57,516 nucleotides of DNA from an uncultured virus (IMG/VR IMGVR_UViG_3300032770_000008) (lineage: Duplodnaviria; Heunggongvirae; Uroviricota; Caudoviricetes), in the IMG/VR virus record IMGVR_UViG_3300032770_000008; one strand, given 5' to 3'. Both the position numbers and the translations under genes were made by a program. Shown here piece by piece: positions 17,215-26,270 of the stretch (position 1 is the first letter of the stretch; every line of letters begins with the position of its first letter). Under the pieces are notes generated by a model. That model was not told the origin of the DNA. It searched no databases and was given only the letters and a program-made list of their open reading frames with translations.

Positions 17215-18537
17215 CTAGTACGTCCCGATGGCGATGAACCCAGGCTGCCGCTGCGGACCTAGGCCCGTGCGGGCATACCCCGTGTCGGTCACCACGATCG
17301 AATTCGGCAGCGAGGCCGTCGAGCTCACGCTCGTGCCGTCGAGCCAATACTTCGTTTCGACACCATCGTAGATCCCCACCACGCTGACGCCGTTGCGACC
17401 GAAATGGCGCCACGTGCCGTTATTCGTCGTCGACATCAGGAAAACCATCAGGTAGTCACCTGGAGACATCGCGAAGTTCGCGGGGATCGTACGGTACTGC
17501 GTACCGCTGGCGCCACCGTACTCCGAGCTCTGGTTCGTCGCCGATCCGCTCGTCCACGAGATCTGCCGCGTCGCCGAGCTCGCCAGCGACGCCGTCGAGT
17601 GATTGAGCGTGTAGATCCCAACCGAGATCGTAAGCGCGCCGGTCGAGTTGGTCGCGCCCGACAGCGCCATCAGAACCGCGAGCTCGGTGCACGACAGCGA
17701 CATCGGCATCGACAGCTTCTGGATCGAGAGCGACGCGTTCGAGATCGAGTTGTTCGTGTTCCACTCGGCCCATTGTGAAAAAGCTGTGATGTTGTTACCG
17801 CCAAACGATGCGGTCACCGTCGCGGATCCGGCCATCCCGAACGTGATGTTGTTCGAATTCGAGAAGATGACCGTGCCGCTCGTCGCCGTCTGCGTACCGG
17901 CCGCGATCGCGCCAGGTCCCGTCGATTGCGATCCGCTGATCGAGATCGTGGCCGAGTTGCCGGCGCCGGTCGCCTGCGACAGCGTGATGTTGCCGATGCC
18001 GGCGAACACGATCGTGCCGTTGGTGAGGCCCGTGTTACCGGACGTGTTGCCGCCGGTCGACACGCCGATCGAGGACACGACCGTCGCGCCGCCCGCGACG
18101 CTCGCCGTGACCGTCGCGCCGTTGGCACCGAACGTGACACCATTGGCGTTCGAGAACACGATCTGGTTGCCCGTCGCGTTCGTCGTACCGGCCGAGATCG
18201 ATCGGACGTAGTCGGCCGTCGCGGTGACCGTGTTGCCGTTGACGCCGAACGACAGACCGTTCGAATTCGAGAGCACGACGCCGCCGTTACTCGCGAGCGT
18301 GGTACCCGCCGAGATCGCCGTGATGAGCCCGATCGTCCCGTTGGCGTCCGGGATGACGATCGTCTCGGCACCGGTCGCATTCGACGCGGCCAGGTAGATC
18401 GCGCTCGCGCCCGCCGGATCCTGCGCGAACACGATGGATTTCGAGCCAGCGTCCGATCCGAGCTGGATCTGCTCGCCGAGGACGGACAGTGTGGCCTGGT
18501 TGAGCTGTACGACGTCCTGGAAGTTCGACTGCGCCAT
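17215..18537 (-). CDS. Long fibre/spike-like protein, SNSN-repeat family (440 aa)
   Basis: Three to four repeats plus head; ends QPGFIAIGTY. Confidence 0.78.
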   Translation of the reverse strand: MAQSNFQDVVQLNQATLSVLGEQIQLGSDAGSKSIVFAQDPAGASAIYLAASNATGAETIVIPDANGTIGLITAISAGTTLASNGGVVLSNSNGLSFGVNGNTVTATADYVRSISAGTTNATGNQIVFSNANGVTFGANGATVTASVAGGATVVSSIGVSTGGNTSGNTGLTNGTIVFAGIGNITLSQATGAGNSATISISGSQSTGPGAIAAGTQTATSGTVIFSNSNNITFGMAGSATVTASFGGNNITAFSQWAEWNTNNSISNASLSIQKLSMPMSLSCTELAVLMALSGATNSTGALTISVGIYTLNHSTASLASSATRQISWTSGSATNQSSEYGGASGTQYRTIPANFAMSPGDYLMVFLMSTTNNGTWRHFGRNGVSVVGIYDGVETKYWLDGTSVSSTASLPNSIVVTDTGYARTGLGPQRQPGFIAIGTY

Positions 18538-18582
18538 GGGGTATGCTGATTATCGTCCCCGGCCCCCGAACGCGCTAAGGAA

Positions 18583-19443
18583 CTAGGTCGTGCCCAGGAG
18601 CACGAAGCCGGGCTGCTGGGCGGCTTGCATGCCCGTGCGCGCGTAGTTCGTGTCGGTCGCGGCGATCGAGATGGGGAACGCGTTCGTCGTCGACAACGAG
18701 ACGCCGTCGAGGAAGTACGCCGTATCCGCGCCGGCAAACGATCCGACGATGTTGACGGCTTGCCGGCCGAACACACGCGCCGACCCATCGTTCTGCGTCG
18801 ACACCGCGATCGCAAACACGTAATCGCCGGGAGACAGCGTGATGGGCCAGTGGAACGACCGGTAGCGCGTGCCCGAGACGCCGCCCCACACCGAGCTCGC
18901 CGTCGTGTCCGATCCCGATGTCCACGAGAAACCGCCCGTCGCGCTCGAGAGCGATCCGGCCGTCTGCCCCGAGATCGAATACGCCGCGATCGAGATCGTG
19001 AAACCGCCGCTCGAGTTCGTGTGTCCCGCGAGATCGACGAGCACGACGCCCGAGCTGCCGGAGAGGCCCATCGGCAGCGACACCTTCTGGATGGACAGCA
19101 TCCCGTTGCTCGCCGAGTAGTGCGTCTCGAAACCGCCCCACTGCGAGAACACCGTGATCGACGAGGCCCCACCGACGCCCGCGGCAGCGGCCGTGATCAC
19201 CGATCCCGCGGCCATGCCGAACGAGATCCCGTTCGAGTTCGAGAACACGACGGTGCCTGAGGTCGCGGTCTCAGTGCCGGCGGCGATTCCGATCACCGGC
19301 GCGGAGGCATTCGCCGACGCCGTCACCGTGTTGCCGACGATGCCGAACGACACGTTGTTGGCATCCGCGAAGCTGATCCCGCGCCCCGACGCCCACGTCG
19401 TGCCGGCGGAGATCGTCTGGATGTGCGGCTCGAAGAGCGGCAT
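18583..19443 (-). CDS. Fibre/spike-like protein, SNSN-repeat family
   Basis: Two repeats plus head; ends QPGFVLLGTT. Confidence 0.75.
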   Translation of the reverse strand: MPLFEPHIQTISAGTTWASGRGISFADANNVSFGIVGNTVTASANASAPVIGIAAGTETATSGTVVFSNSNGISFGMAAGSVITAAAAGVGGASSITVFSQWGGFETHYSASNGMLSIQKVSLPMGLSGSSGVVLVDLAGHTNSSGGFTISIAAYSISGQTAGSLSSATGGFSWTSGSDTTASSVWGGVSGTRYRSFHWPITLSPGDYVFAIAVSTQNDGSARVFGRQAVNIVGSFAGADTAYFLDGVSLSTTNAFPISIAATDTNYARTGMQAAQQPGFVLLGTT

Positions 19444-19452
19444 CGGCCGCCT

Positions 19453-19953
19453 CTACGGCGTGAACTCCGTCACGAGCGCCGACCCCGTTGCGCCCGTCCA
19501 CACGCCCAGCACGTCGCCGACGTAGTTGACCGAATCTTCGTAGAACCCGCCCGGCACGATCGGTACCGAGAAGAGCGTCGGTGATGCCGGACCCGCCGAC
19601 GACAAGAGCACGAACAGCGTATCTGTCATCGACGCGTTCGCGATCGTGAAGCCGAGCCGGTTCGGGTTCGCGGCGAGCAACGTCGTCGACACCACCGTAC
19701 CGGCGATCGCGGTGACGGTCGTCGTCGTGCACTTGACCGGCGCTACGGGGATCGCCGGTTCGTCCGTCGCGAGCGTGACCGGGAGGGAATCAGCCGCGAG
19801 ACGCGGCCCGATCATCTCCTGCCCGGTGCCATCCGTCATCGTGATCGCCTCGCTCTCGAGAACGTCACCACCGTCGACGAACTCGTACGTCGCGAGCTTC
19901 TTCCCTGGATTCGTCGCCTGGTTGACGGCGACGAAGCTATTGGGGGCCGGCAT
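19453..19953 (-). CDS. Putative virion beta-sandwich protein
   Basis: LLAANPNRLGFTIANAS..TLFV motif typical of small phage structural beta proteins. Confidence 0.65.
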   Translation of the reverse strand: MPAPNSFVAVNQATNPGKKLATYEFVDGGDVLESEAITMTDGTGQEMIGPRLAADSLPVTLATDEPAIPVAPVKCTTTTVTAIAGTVVSTTLLAANPNRLGFTIANASMTDTLFVLLSSAGPASPTLFSVPIVPGGFYEDSVNYVGDVLGVWTGATGSALVTEFTP

Positions 19954-19987
19954 CGAAACCTAGTGTCTCACGCGCCCCCGAAACCCT

Positions 19988-20197
19988 CTAGGAAAGGACG
20001 CCCTTGGCGCGCAGACACGCGAGGAAGGCCGGGATCATCGGCCGTGGGATCACCGTACGATCGATCGCCGGACCCTCGATCACGAGGTCTCCCTCACCGG
20101 TCAGGCCCACACGTACGAGCGACTCGCCCGTGCCGCTCGACGCCCAATCACCATCGTACGTGACCGGCGCAGGCGCAGACGCAGACGCGTCGCTCAT
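19988..20197 (-). CDS. Hypothetical protein (69 aa)
   Basis: ATGA-coupled to the upstream gene. Confidence 0.55.
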   Translation of the reverse strand: MSDASASAPAPVTYDGDWASSGTGESLVRVGLTGEGDLVIEGPAIDRTVIPRPMIPAFLACLRAKGVLS

Positions 20198-20409
20198 GGG
20201 CGCTCGTCCACGATCGCGACGACGTCACCGACGCGGATCTGGTCGCCGCACGGCCGGAGCCAGATCACCTCACCGACGATCGGCGACGCGACGGGGATCT
20301 CCGTCTTCATCGATTCGAGCACGAGAAGTTGCGCGCCAGCCGCGATGCGCTGTCCGACGCTCGCCGCATGCGTCCACACGCTGCCTTCGATCGGCGATTC
20401 GATCTTCAT
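20194..20409 (-). CDS. Stand-alone biotin/lipoyl carrier domain protein (71 aa)
   Basis: IESPIEGSVW...VGQ.I..G..LLVLESMKTEIPVASP..G.V...GD.I..GDVV; the MK biotinylation motif is intact. Confidence 0.85.
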   Translation of the reverse strand: MKIESPIEGSVWTHAASVGQRIAAGAQLLVLESMKTEIPVASPIVGEVIWLRPCGDQIRVGDVVAIVDERP

Positions 20410-20411
20410 CT

Positions 20412-20873
20412 TTAGAACACCGATCCTCGCACGTACGCGCGCAAGATCGAGGTCGGCGCATCCCCAACGTTCTTGATCGCGGCGCGGAGCCAGCGTCCGT
20501 AGATCGTCGCGAAGAAGTGGCCATCGCGTGCCTGCTGCGTCGGATCGTACGATCGTCGCAGCGCGATCGCGTCGTAGTGAAGATCCGCGATGCTGTCGTC
20601 GGTGACCCATACGCCGTCGCGATCGACCTCATCGTTGGAGAAGGCGATCTCGAGCTCGAGCGATTGATCGCCAGCGATCGATCCGTAGAAGCGCGTGAAC
20701 GGCTGCGCGTCGCAGTAGCCGACGACGGAGGCGCCGGGCGCGATCGGCACGTCGAAGAGGTTCATTTCATCGAACGCGGGCATCCCGAGAAAACCAGGCC
20801 GCCGCGGTGGTCGCGGTTGGACCCACGCGAGAACAATGTTGCCGACGATCTTGGGGTAATGCGAAAACGGCAC
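20412..20873 (-). CDS. Hypothetical beta-rich protein (153 aa)
   Basis: C-terminal GRWLRAAIKN...LRAYV; tight gene packing. Confidence 0.65.
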   Translation of the reverse strand: MPFSHYPKIVGNIVLAWVQPRPPRRPGFLGMPAFDEMNLFDVPIAPGASVVGYCDAQPFTRFYGSIAGDQSLELEIAFSNDEVDRDGVWVTDDSIADLHYDAIALRRSYDPTQQARDGHFFATIYGRWLRAAIKNVGDAPTSILRAYVRGSVF

Positions 20874-20874
20874 G

Positions 20875-21171
20875 CTATTCCAGCGATTTCGGCGGCGACG
20901 AAGTGAGTGCGATCGCGATGATCACGGCGAACGTCCTACCGACCTGCGTGCAATGCCAGAATCCGCGCGCGACGACACGCGCGTCCCACGACGTACCGCA
21001 CGCGACGTCGTGCCAGCGCTTCTTGTCGAGCGAGACCCACAGCGTGTTCGTACCGACGTTTCGGAGCGCGATCTCGCGCGTCGGTTCCGGCAACTCGCAA
21101 AACTGAATCTTCGAAAGCGAGACGATCGCGTCAGGAAATCCGATGCCAGCATCCGCGGTCGTAACGTTCAC
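20875..21171 (-). CDS. Hypothetical beta-rich protein (98 aa)
   Basis: IALRNVGTNTLWVSLD; TAAGAT 6 nt upstream of the GTG. Confidence 0.6.
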   Translation of the reverse strand: MNVTTADAGIGFPDAIVSLSKIQFCELPEPTREIALRNVGTNTLWVSLDKKRWHDVACGTSWDARVVARGFWHCTQVGRTFAVIIAIALTSSPPKSLE

Positions 21172-21197
21172 GGCGCGATCTTATCGTGGACAGAACC

Positions 21198-22436
21198 TTA
21201 CGCCGCTCCCTTGGGCCACGCCTGTGCGAGTCCCTGCGCGATGAGCTTCTTGGCCATCGGCCCGGTCAGGAACGCCTCCGGGATGCGCGAGCTCGCCCAC
21301 GCGATCGCCTGCGCGAGCGTCGGCGCCGCCACGGGTGCCGGCGGCGCGCCAGCTACCGCGGCCGGTCGCGCGACCGCGGCCGCCGCCGCGACGAACGCAC
21401 CCTCGATCTTGCCGCCGATCGGCACACCGAGACCCGTGCAGGGATCCGGGCCGACTTGCGCGTGGTACTGCCCGTTGTCGCCCGCCGACACATCGGCGAA
21501 GCACGCCTCGTTGCCCCACAGCTTCGCCGGCAGCGCGCTCGATCCGAGCTTTTGGCCGAGTGCCGCGAAGAGTCCGGCGTAGAGCGGCGCGACCGCGCTC
21601 GTTCCACCGACCACCTGCGGCGATCCGCCGTAGTAGATCTGGTACCCCGTGTTCGGATCGGCGTTCGCCGCGACGTCGGGCACCATGCGGCCCGGCCCGC
21701 TCGGCGCGCCGCCGCTCTTCTGCCACGCCGGCATCGGGAACACAGTCGAGTAGCCCCCACCCGAGCCGTCGCCGCTGGCGCTTCCCGGCTGATCGTTCCA
21801 CACGCTTTCGCTCGAGCGCGTCTTGTTCGTGCCGCCGCAGCCGATGATCGACGGGCAGCTCGCGGGCACGTCGACGTTGGCCGCCGTCGGTCCGCCATCC
21901 GAGCTGTCGTTGTCGCCGGATGCCGCGAACACGATCATGCCGGCGGCGATGGCCTCGGACGCGGCGAGCTCCATGTCCTGCGCGGCGGCCGCGCCCCACT
22001 GCGCCTCGTCGGCACCCCACGAGATCGAGCACACGTCGCAGCCGTCTTTGAGCGCCGCGCGCACCGCGGGCGCGATGTCGTTCGCCCAATACACGCGGAT
22101 CGTGGCGGCTTTCCCGGTCGCGACGAAGTACGCCGCGGCCGCGACCTGGATGTCGAGCGCAACCTCGCCATCCGCGTCCCCGCCCGGGGCGTTCATCGTG
22201 CCGTCGACCGACACGTCCATGATCGACGGTACCGGCTGACCGATCGAGTTGAAGTACGCCTGCATGTCGGCGGGCGTCCAGCCGCCGCCGAGCTCGACGA
22301 TCGCGATCGTGCCCCCGCCGGGCGCGCCGGTCGGCCACTGATACGCCGCGCAGAGGTCGGGAACCGACCAGGGACCCGTGCCCGACGCGCGCGGCCGCGT
22401 CGACTTGGCCTTCTTGAAGTAGGGATGAGCTCTCAT
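21198..22436 (-). CDS. Sedolisin/kumamolisin-family (S53) serine-carboxyl peptidase, catalytic domain only
   Basis: IAIVELGGG, GEVALDIQ (Glu/Asp), SISWG, ASGD, R.VPDVAANADP, GGTSAVAP (Ser), DPCTGLGVP. Confidence 0.92.
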   Translation of the reverse strand: MRAHPYFKKAKSTRPRASGTGPWSVPDLCAAYQWPTGAPGGGTIAIVELGGGWTPADMQAYFNSIGQPVPSIMDVSVDGTMNAPGGDADGEVALDIQVAAAAYFVATGKAATIRVYWANDIAPAVRAALKDGCDVCSISWGADEAQWGAAAAQDMELAASEAIAAGMIVFAASGDNDSSDGGPTAANVDVPASCPSIIGCGGTNKTRSSESVWNDQPGSASGDGSGGGYSTVFPMPAWQKSGGAPSGPGRMVPDVAANADPNTGYQIYYGGSPQVVGGTSAVAPLYAGLFAALGQKLGSSALPAKLWGNEACFADVSAGDNGQYHAQVGPDPCTGLGVPIGGKIEGAFVAAAAAVARPAAVAGAPPAPVAAPTLAQAIAWASSRIPEAFLTGPMAKKLIAQGLAQAWPKGAA

Positions 22437-22467
22437 CGGGAGCGACGCTACTGCCGGGCTGTGACAC

Positions 22468-22797
22468 TCAGCGCACGGCGTCGATCAACGCACAGCGCAC
22501 GGCGATCACGCGGCGACCGGGCAACGAGCGGGCGAGGATCTTTTTGCGCTCGTCCCCGCACTCGAGGAGCGCCATCGGGCGCTCGCCCCATACGATCGGA
22601 CAATCACCGGCGGCCGTCTTGAGAGCATCTTCGGTGTCGAAAAATCCCGGCTTGAGCACGCACGGCGTGATTGACGCCGGCGGCGATGCTACCGATTCGT
22701 GCGGCGACGGCGTCTCCTTCGAGGCGGAACCCTTCTTTTCGGGCGTGGATTCGCGCGACGAGCACGCGACGAGGAGAACGAGCGCGATGACCTTCAT
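22468..22797 (-). CDS. Putative lipoprotein (109 aa)
   Basis: MKVIALVLLVAC lipobox; ATG coupled to upstream TGA. Confidence 0.7.
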   Translation of the reverse strand: MKVIALVLLVACSSRESTPEKKGSASKETPSPHESVASPPASITPCVLKPGFFDTEDALKTAAGDCPIVWGERPMALLECGDERKKILARSLPGRRVIAVRCALIDAVR

Positions 22798-24899
22798 CAG
22801 TGCCCCCAGCATTGGTAATCGAGATCGGGACAGTTGCCGGCCGATCCGCCGGTCAGACACGTGAACACGGGCGCGGTCGCGCTCGCCGTCGTCTGCTGGA
22901 TCGAATACTGCGTGGACCCGTGCGGGGTGAAGAAGCACTTGCTCGACGTCCCGAACCCCGTGCCGAACGTGAGCGTGAAGCTCGAGTTCGCGCCGAAGCT
23001 CGTAATCGTTCCCATGAAGTTGCTCGCGTCGCCCGAGAGCGTGCCGTGATTGACCGAGGGCGTCGCGGCGCTTGCGATCTGCGCCTTCGTGACGCCATTG
23101 AAGTCGCCGCCGCACAATGTGAGCGCTGCTTCGAGGCCGCCCGCGCCGATTCCCTCGAGCTTGCTGCCCTGATTTTCATCGAAATAGCTGTGATTGTCAT
23201 AGAACGTGCCGGCGCCAAAACCCTGCCCGAGATAGACATTTCCGTTCTGCGTGATGAGCGCGTAGTTCGTCTGCCCACTGGCCGCGTTGAATTCAGCGGC
23301 GATGTTGGTCAGCCCATTCGCGCCAGAAGCGCGCGACGCCGTCACCGTCGAATAGATGCCAAACGCCGTCGCCGCGCCGCCCGCCGTCGCGTAGGTGCCC
23401 GAGTTGTTGCTGTACTGGTTGATCGTGTTCGCGAGCGTAATGCCCGTGTTCACCTCTTCGAGATCGAGCACCGCGTCGGTGAAATGGCCGTTTGGATTGT
23501 GACCCGACACGAGTAAACCCTGGGACATCGTGACGTCGCGTGCGGAGTAGAAGTAGTCTTGTTTGACGACCGGGTACCAATTGCCCGTGTCGCGCAGGTG
23601 ATAGACGGCGAGGGTCTCGCCAGGATTCAACACCACGTCGTGCTTCGCGTCCGACGTCTCGAAGCAGAACGTGTTGATCGCCGTCGAACCGCCGCCGCCG
23701 CAGCTCGACTTGATCGTGATCGTGCCTGCGCCAGCGTTGAACAAGAGTCTGATTGGACCCTGCTCGCCCTGAATGCTTCCGGCGTAGACCATTCCATCAA
23801 TCGTCGCGTTCGACGACGTCGACGTCGATGCGTAGATGAGCGTGTTGTTTTGCGCGAGATCAGAGTTGCCGGCCTCGCCGCACGGAAACGCACCTGGATT
23901 GCACGTATACGGATCACCGCCCGTAGGGTTCCAGTTGCTCGTCGTCACGCCACTCGTAAGCGCGGTCGGCGTAATGTACGGGTAGATTTGCAGCTCCTGC
24001 GTGATTACCTGTTGGAAACGGCTCTTGCCGTCGACGAACCACGCCGTGATCGGGTTCGACACGGGCGAGATCGTCAGCAAGCGAAACTGCATGCACTCGT
24101 TGTTTCCGATGTACGAGTTGACCTTCACACCGACGCACGGACCGTCACCGCCACCACAATCGGCGTCCACCGCGCAGCTCGCGCCACCCGTCGTGCACGT
24201 GCCGATGCGGCCGACGCCCGAGGCGACGATACGATTGCCTGCGGAGGAGTTGGCGTCGATGTTCAAAATAGAGATCGTGGAGTCATCGGCCGTGCCGCCG
24301 TCGTTGCAAATCTTCACCACGCTCCCCACGGGAAGCGAGTTGTCTACCGCGTCGATCCCGCCGAGCCGCGTTCCCGCGTTGTCGCTGCCGATCACGGTGA
24401 TCATCGCGTTCGTCGACAAACAGCCCGGATCCCAATTGTCGAGTCGCGTATTCAGCGCCAGCTGACCGACGTTGCACTGCGTCTCGACCTCCTGGCCCGT
24501 GAACGTGACGCGCGTGCCGGTGTCTGTCATTGACGAGTTGCCGAGCGACTTCGTTCCGTTCCACACGGGAACCGTGCCGGGCGTGCCCGTGCCACTTATC
24601 GCCTGCGTGTCGACGTAGTGCTTGGTCGCGGCATCCTGATTCGCCGTCGGGTCGACGACGTTGATGATCTTGTGAGCGTTCGCCATATCGATCGTTCCGC
24701 CGGCGACCTGCACACCGCCGTTCGGCACGCTGATCGACTGCGCGCTCGTTCCCTCGACGATCAGCGTGTCGACTTTCGTCGGATCCGGCGTGGCGTGTGC
24801 GCGACGCACGCTGGACATGTCGACCGTGCAGACGAGCATTCCGACAAAAACGATCCCGATCACGCCAATGAGAAGTGCAAATCGTAAAGAGCGCATCAA
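22797..24899 (-). CDS. Large exported adhesin/fibre-like protein (700 aa)
   Basis: N-terminal signal/TM; DPTANQDAATKHYVD fibre motif; two similar beta domains (NWDPG/NWNPTG); Cys insert CTTGGASCAVDADC. Confidence 0.75.
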   Translation of the reverse strand: MMRSLRFALLIGVIGIVFVGMLVCTVDMSSVRRAHATPDPTKVDTLIVEGTSAQSISVPNGGVQVAGGTIDMANAHKIINVVDPTANQDAATKHYVDTQAISGTGTPGTVPVWNGTKSLGNSSMTDTGTRVTFTGQEVETQCNVGQLALNTRLDNWDPGCLSTNAMITVIGSDNAGTRLGGIDAVDNSLPVGSVVKICNDGGTADDSTISILNIDANSSAGNRIVASGVGRIGTCTTGGASCAVDADCGGGDGPCVGVKVNSYIGNNECMQFRLLTISPVSNPITAWFVDGKSRFQQVITQELQIYPYITPTALTSGVTTSNWNPTGGDPYTCNPGAFPCGEAGNSDLAQNNTLIYASTSTSSNATIDGMVYAGSIQGEQGPIRLLFNAGAGTITIKSSCGGGGSTAINTFCFETSDAKHDVVLNPGETLAVYHLRDTGNWYPVVKQDYFYSARDVTMSQGLLVSGHNPNGHFTDAVLDLEEVNTGITLANTINQYSNNSGTYATAGGAATAFGIYSTVTASRASGANGLTNIAAEFNAASGQTNYALITQNGNVYLGQGFGAGTFYDNHSYFDENQGSKLEGIGAGGLEAALTLCGGDFNGVTKAQIASAATPSVNHGTLSGDASNFMGTITSFGANSSFTLTFGTGFGTSSKCFFTPHGSTQYSIQQTTASATAPVFTCLTGGSAGNCPDLDYQCWGH

Positions 24900-24922
24900 A
24901 TCACCTCGAAGAGCATGAGAAA

Positions 24923-25024
24923 CTACTGCGCCTCAGCAAACCACGCGCCGAACGTCGCGTCGTAGCGCGCGACGACCGAGTCCCCCGCACTGAGCGTCAA
25001 TCCGCCGACCTGCTTGTTAGTCAC
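24923..25024 (-). pseudogene. Possible remnant of a fibre beta-domain C-terminus
   Basis: 33-codon ORF LTLSAGDSVVARYD..FGAWF resembles VVLNPGETLAVYH..TGNWY in the next gene; has GGAG RBS. Confidence 0.3.
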
Positions 25025-25061
25025 AGCGTCTCCTTTTCTGCTCGCACGTCGCAAGCGACCA

Positions 25062-25484
25062 TCAGCTCTTCTGCACGATGACGATGCCGATGATGTCACC
25101 GGGCGTCGGCGTCGCGTTGCACTGCACAACGAGCGTCGTGAGTGTGTAGGCGGCCGGCGGGCACTGGAAGAGGAGAAAGTCCGCCAGGACGAGGCCGGAA
25201 GCGATCGCGATGTAGTTCGTGTCCGCGCGCTCGGCCGGCAACGTCACGACGATCGTGTCCGTGTCACCCGGCTGAACGGTGTACTCGAAGCCGACGATGT
25301 TGCTCGTACCGCCGGCGATCGCTCTAAGCGGCCTCTCGCTCGTGCCGTCACCCGAGATCGTCGTCTGATCCGCGGAGACAATCCCTCCCGGCGGCTCTTT
25401 CTGGCCACCGGGCAGAACCGTCGTCTCGGTCGTCTGCGCGGCCGTGGAGGGCGGCGCGACTGTCAAGATCGCGGTGTCTGCCAC
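25062..25484 (-). CDS. Putative virion protein, GDG-motif family
   Basis: LPGGQKEPPGGIVSADQTTISGDGTSERPLRAI is nearly identical to the N-terminus of 42847-43440. Confidence 0.7.
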   Translation of the reverse strand: MADTAILTVAPPSTAAQTTETTVLPGGQKEPPGGIVSADQTTISGDGTSERPLRAIAGGTSNIVGFEYTVQPGDTDTIVVTLPAERADTNYIAIASGLVLADFLLFQCPPAAYTLTTLVVQCNATPTPGDIIGIVIVQKS

Positions 25485-25485
25485 G

Positions 25486-26229
25486 TTACGCCACCGGATG
25501 CGCGGCCGCCCACGCGAGCGCGCGGCCGAGGCCGGGATATTGCGCGAGCGCGCGCTCGCGCGCCGCGCGGATCTGCGCGACCGTCGGGACCGCTGATCCA
25601 GCGCTACCAGATCCTGAGCCCCCGGAGAAGAAGTCGAGCGTCGCCTGGATCGCACAGTTGATCGTGATCTGGCTCGATTGAACGGCGAGCGCGGCGAGCT
25701 GCGCCTCGAGATCGGTCGGATTCGCGAGGATCAGATCCTTCACGACCGTCAGCACGTCACCGGAGATCGTACTCCACGAGAGTTGGAGACCGAAGTTCGC
25801 TTTCTCGCAGCCGACGAAGTCACCGGTCCACTTTTGGACGCCGGCGCACGTCGCGGCGAACGCGATCGAGATCGCGGCGAGCACGAGCATCACGCGCGTG
25901 CGAATAAAGCCCGCCTGGGTTGCGCGCGTCGGCGTGACGTTGTCGTTCGCGGGCGCGGCGCCGAGCGCCAAATGCGCTTTCTTGAGCGATGTGCGATTCG
26001 TCGTGTAGCCGAGCGCGGCGAGCACCGCGGAGATGATACCGACGACCTGGATCACGACGGGCGGAGCGCCCACCAGGAGGCCCGAGCTCGGGAGTGCGCC
26101 GACGATGATCACGAGGAGCGTGACCCACGCCTCCGATGTCGCGTAGCCAGGGGTCGGCGCACTCGGTGTGGTTGCGGGTAGAGGCGCCGGCGCGGGCGCG
26201 GGTACAGGAGCGGGGGCAGGTGTGGCCAT
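25486..26229 (-). CDS. Multi-TM membrane protein with holin-like N-terminus
   Basis: PGYATSEAW followed by two TM helices, then a third hydrophobic segment ending in Cys; TAGGAT 7 nt upstream. Confidence 0.65.
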   Translation of the reverse strand: MATPAPAPVPAPAPAPLPATTPSAPTPGYATSEAWVTLLVIIVGALPSSGLLVGAPPVVIQVVGIISAVLAALGYTTNRTSLKKAHLALGAAPANDNVTPTRATQAGFIRTRVMLVLAAISIAFAATCAGVQKWTGDFVGCEKANFGLQLSWSTISGDVLTVVKDLILANPTDLEAQLAALAVQSSQITINCAIQATLDFFSGGSGSGSAGSAVPTVAQIRAARERALAQYPGLGRALAWAAAHPVA

Positions 26230-26270
26230 GGCCCCGATCCTACGCCCTCGCGCGAAAAGCCGCTAAGCCG

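Noticed and set aside
12195..19443. Diversity-generating retroelement or invertible shufflon acting on the fibre heads
   Set aside because: No reverse transcriptase or recombinase in the window, no adenine-specific TR/VR pair noticed, and all copies are co-oriented full genes.
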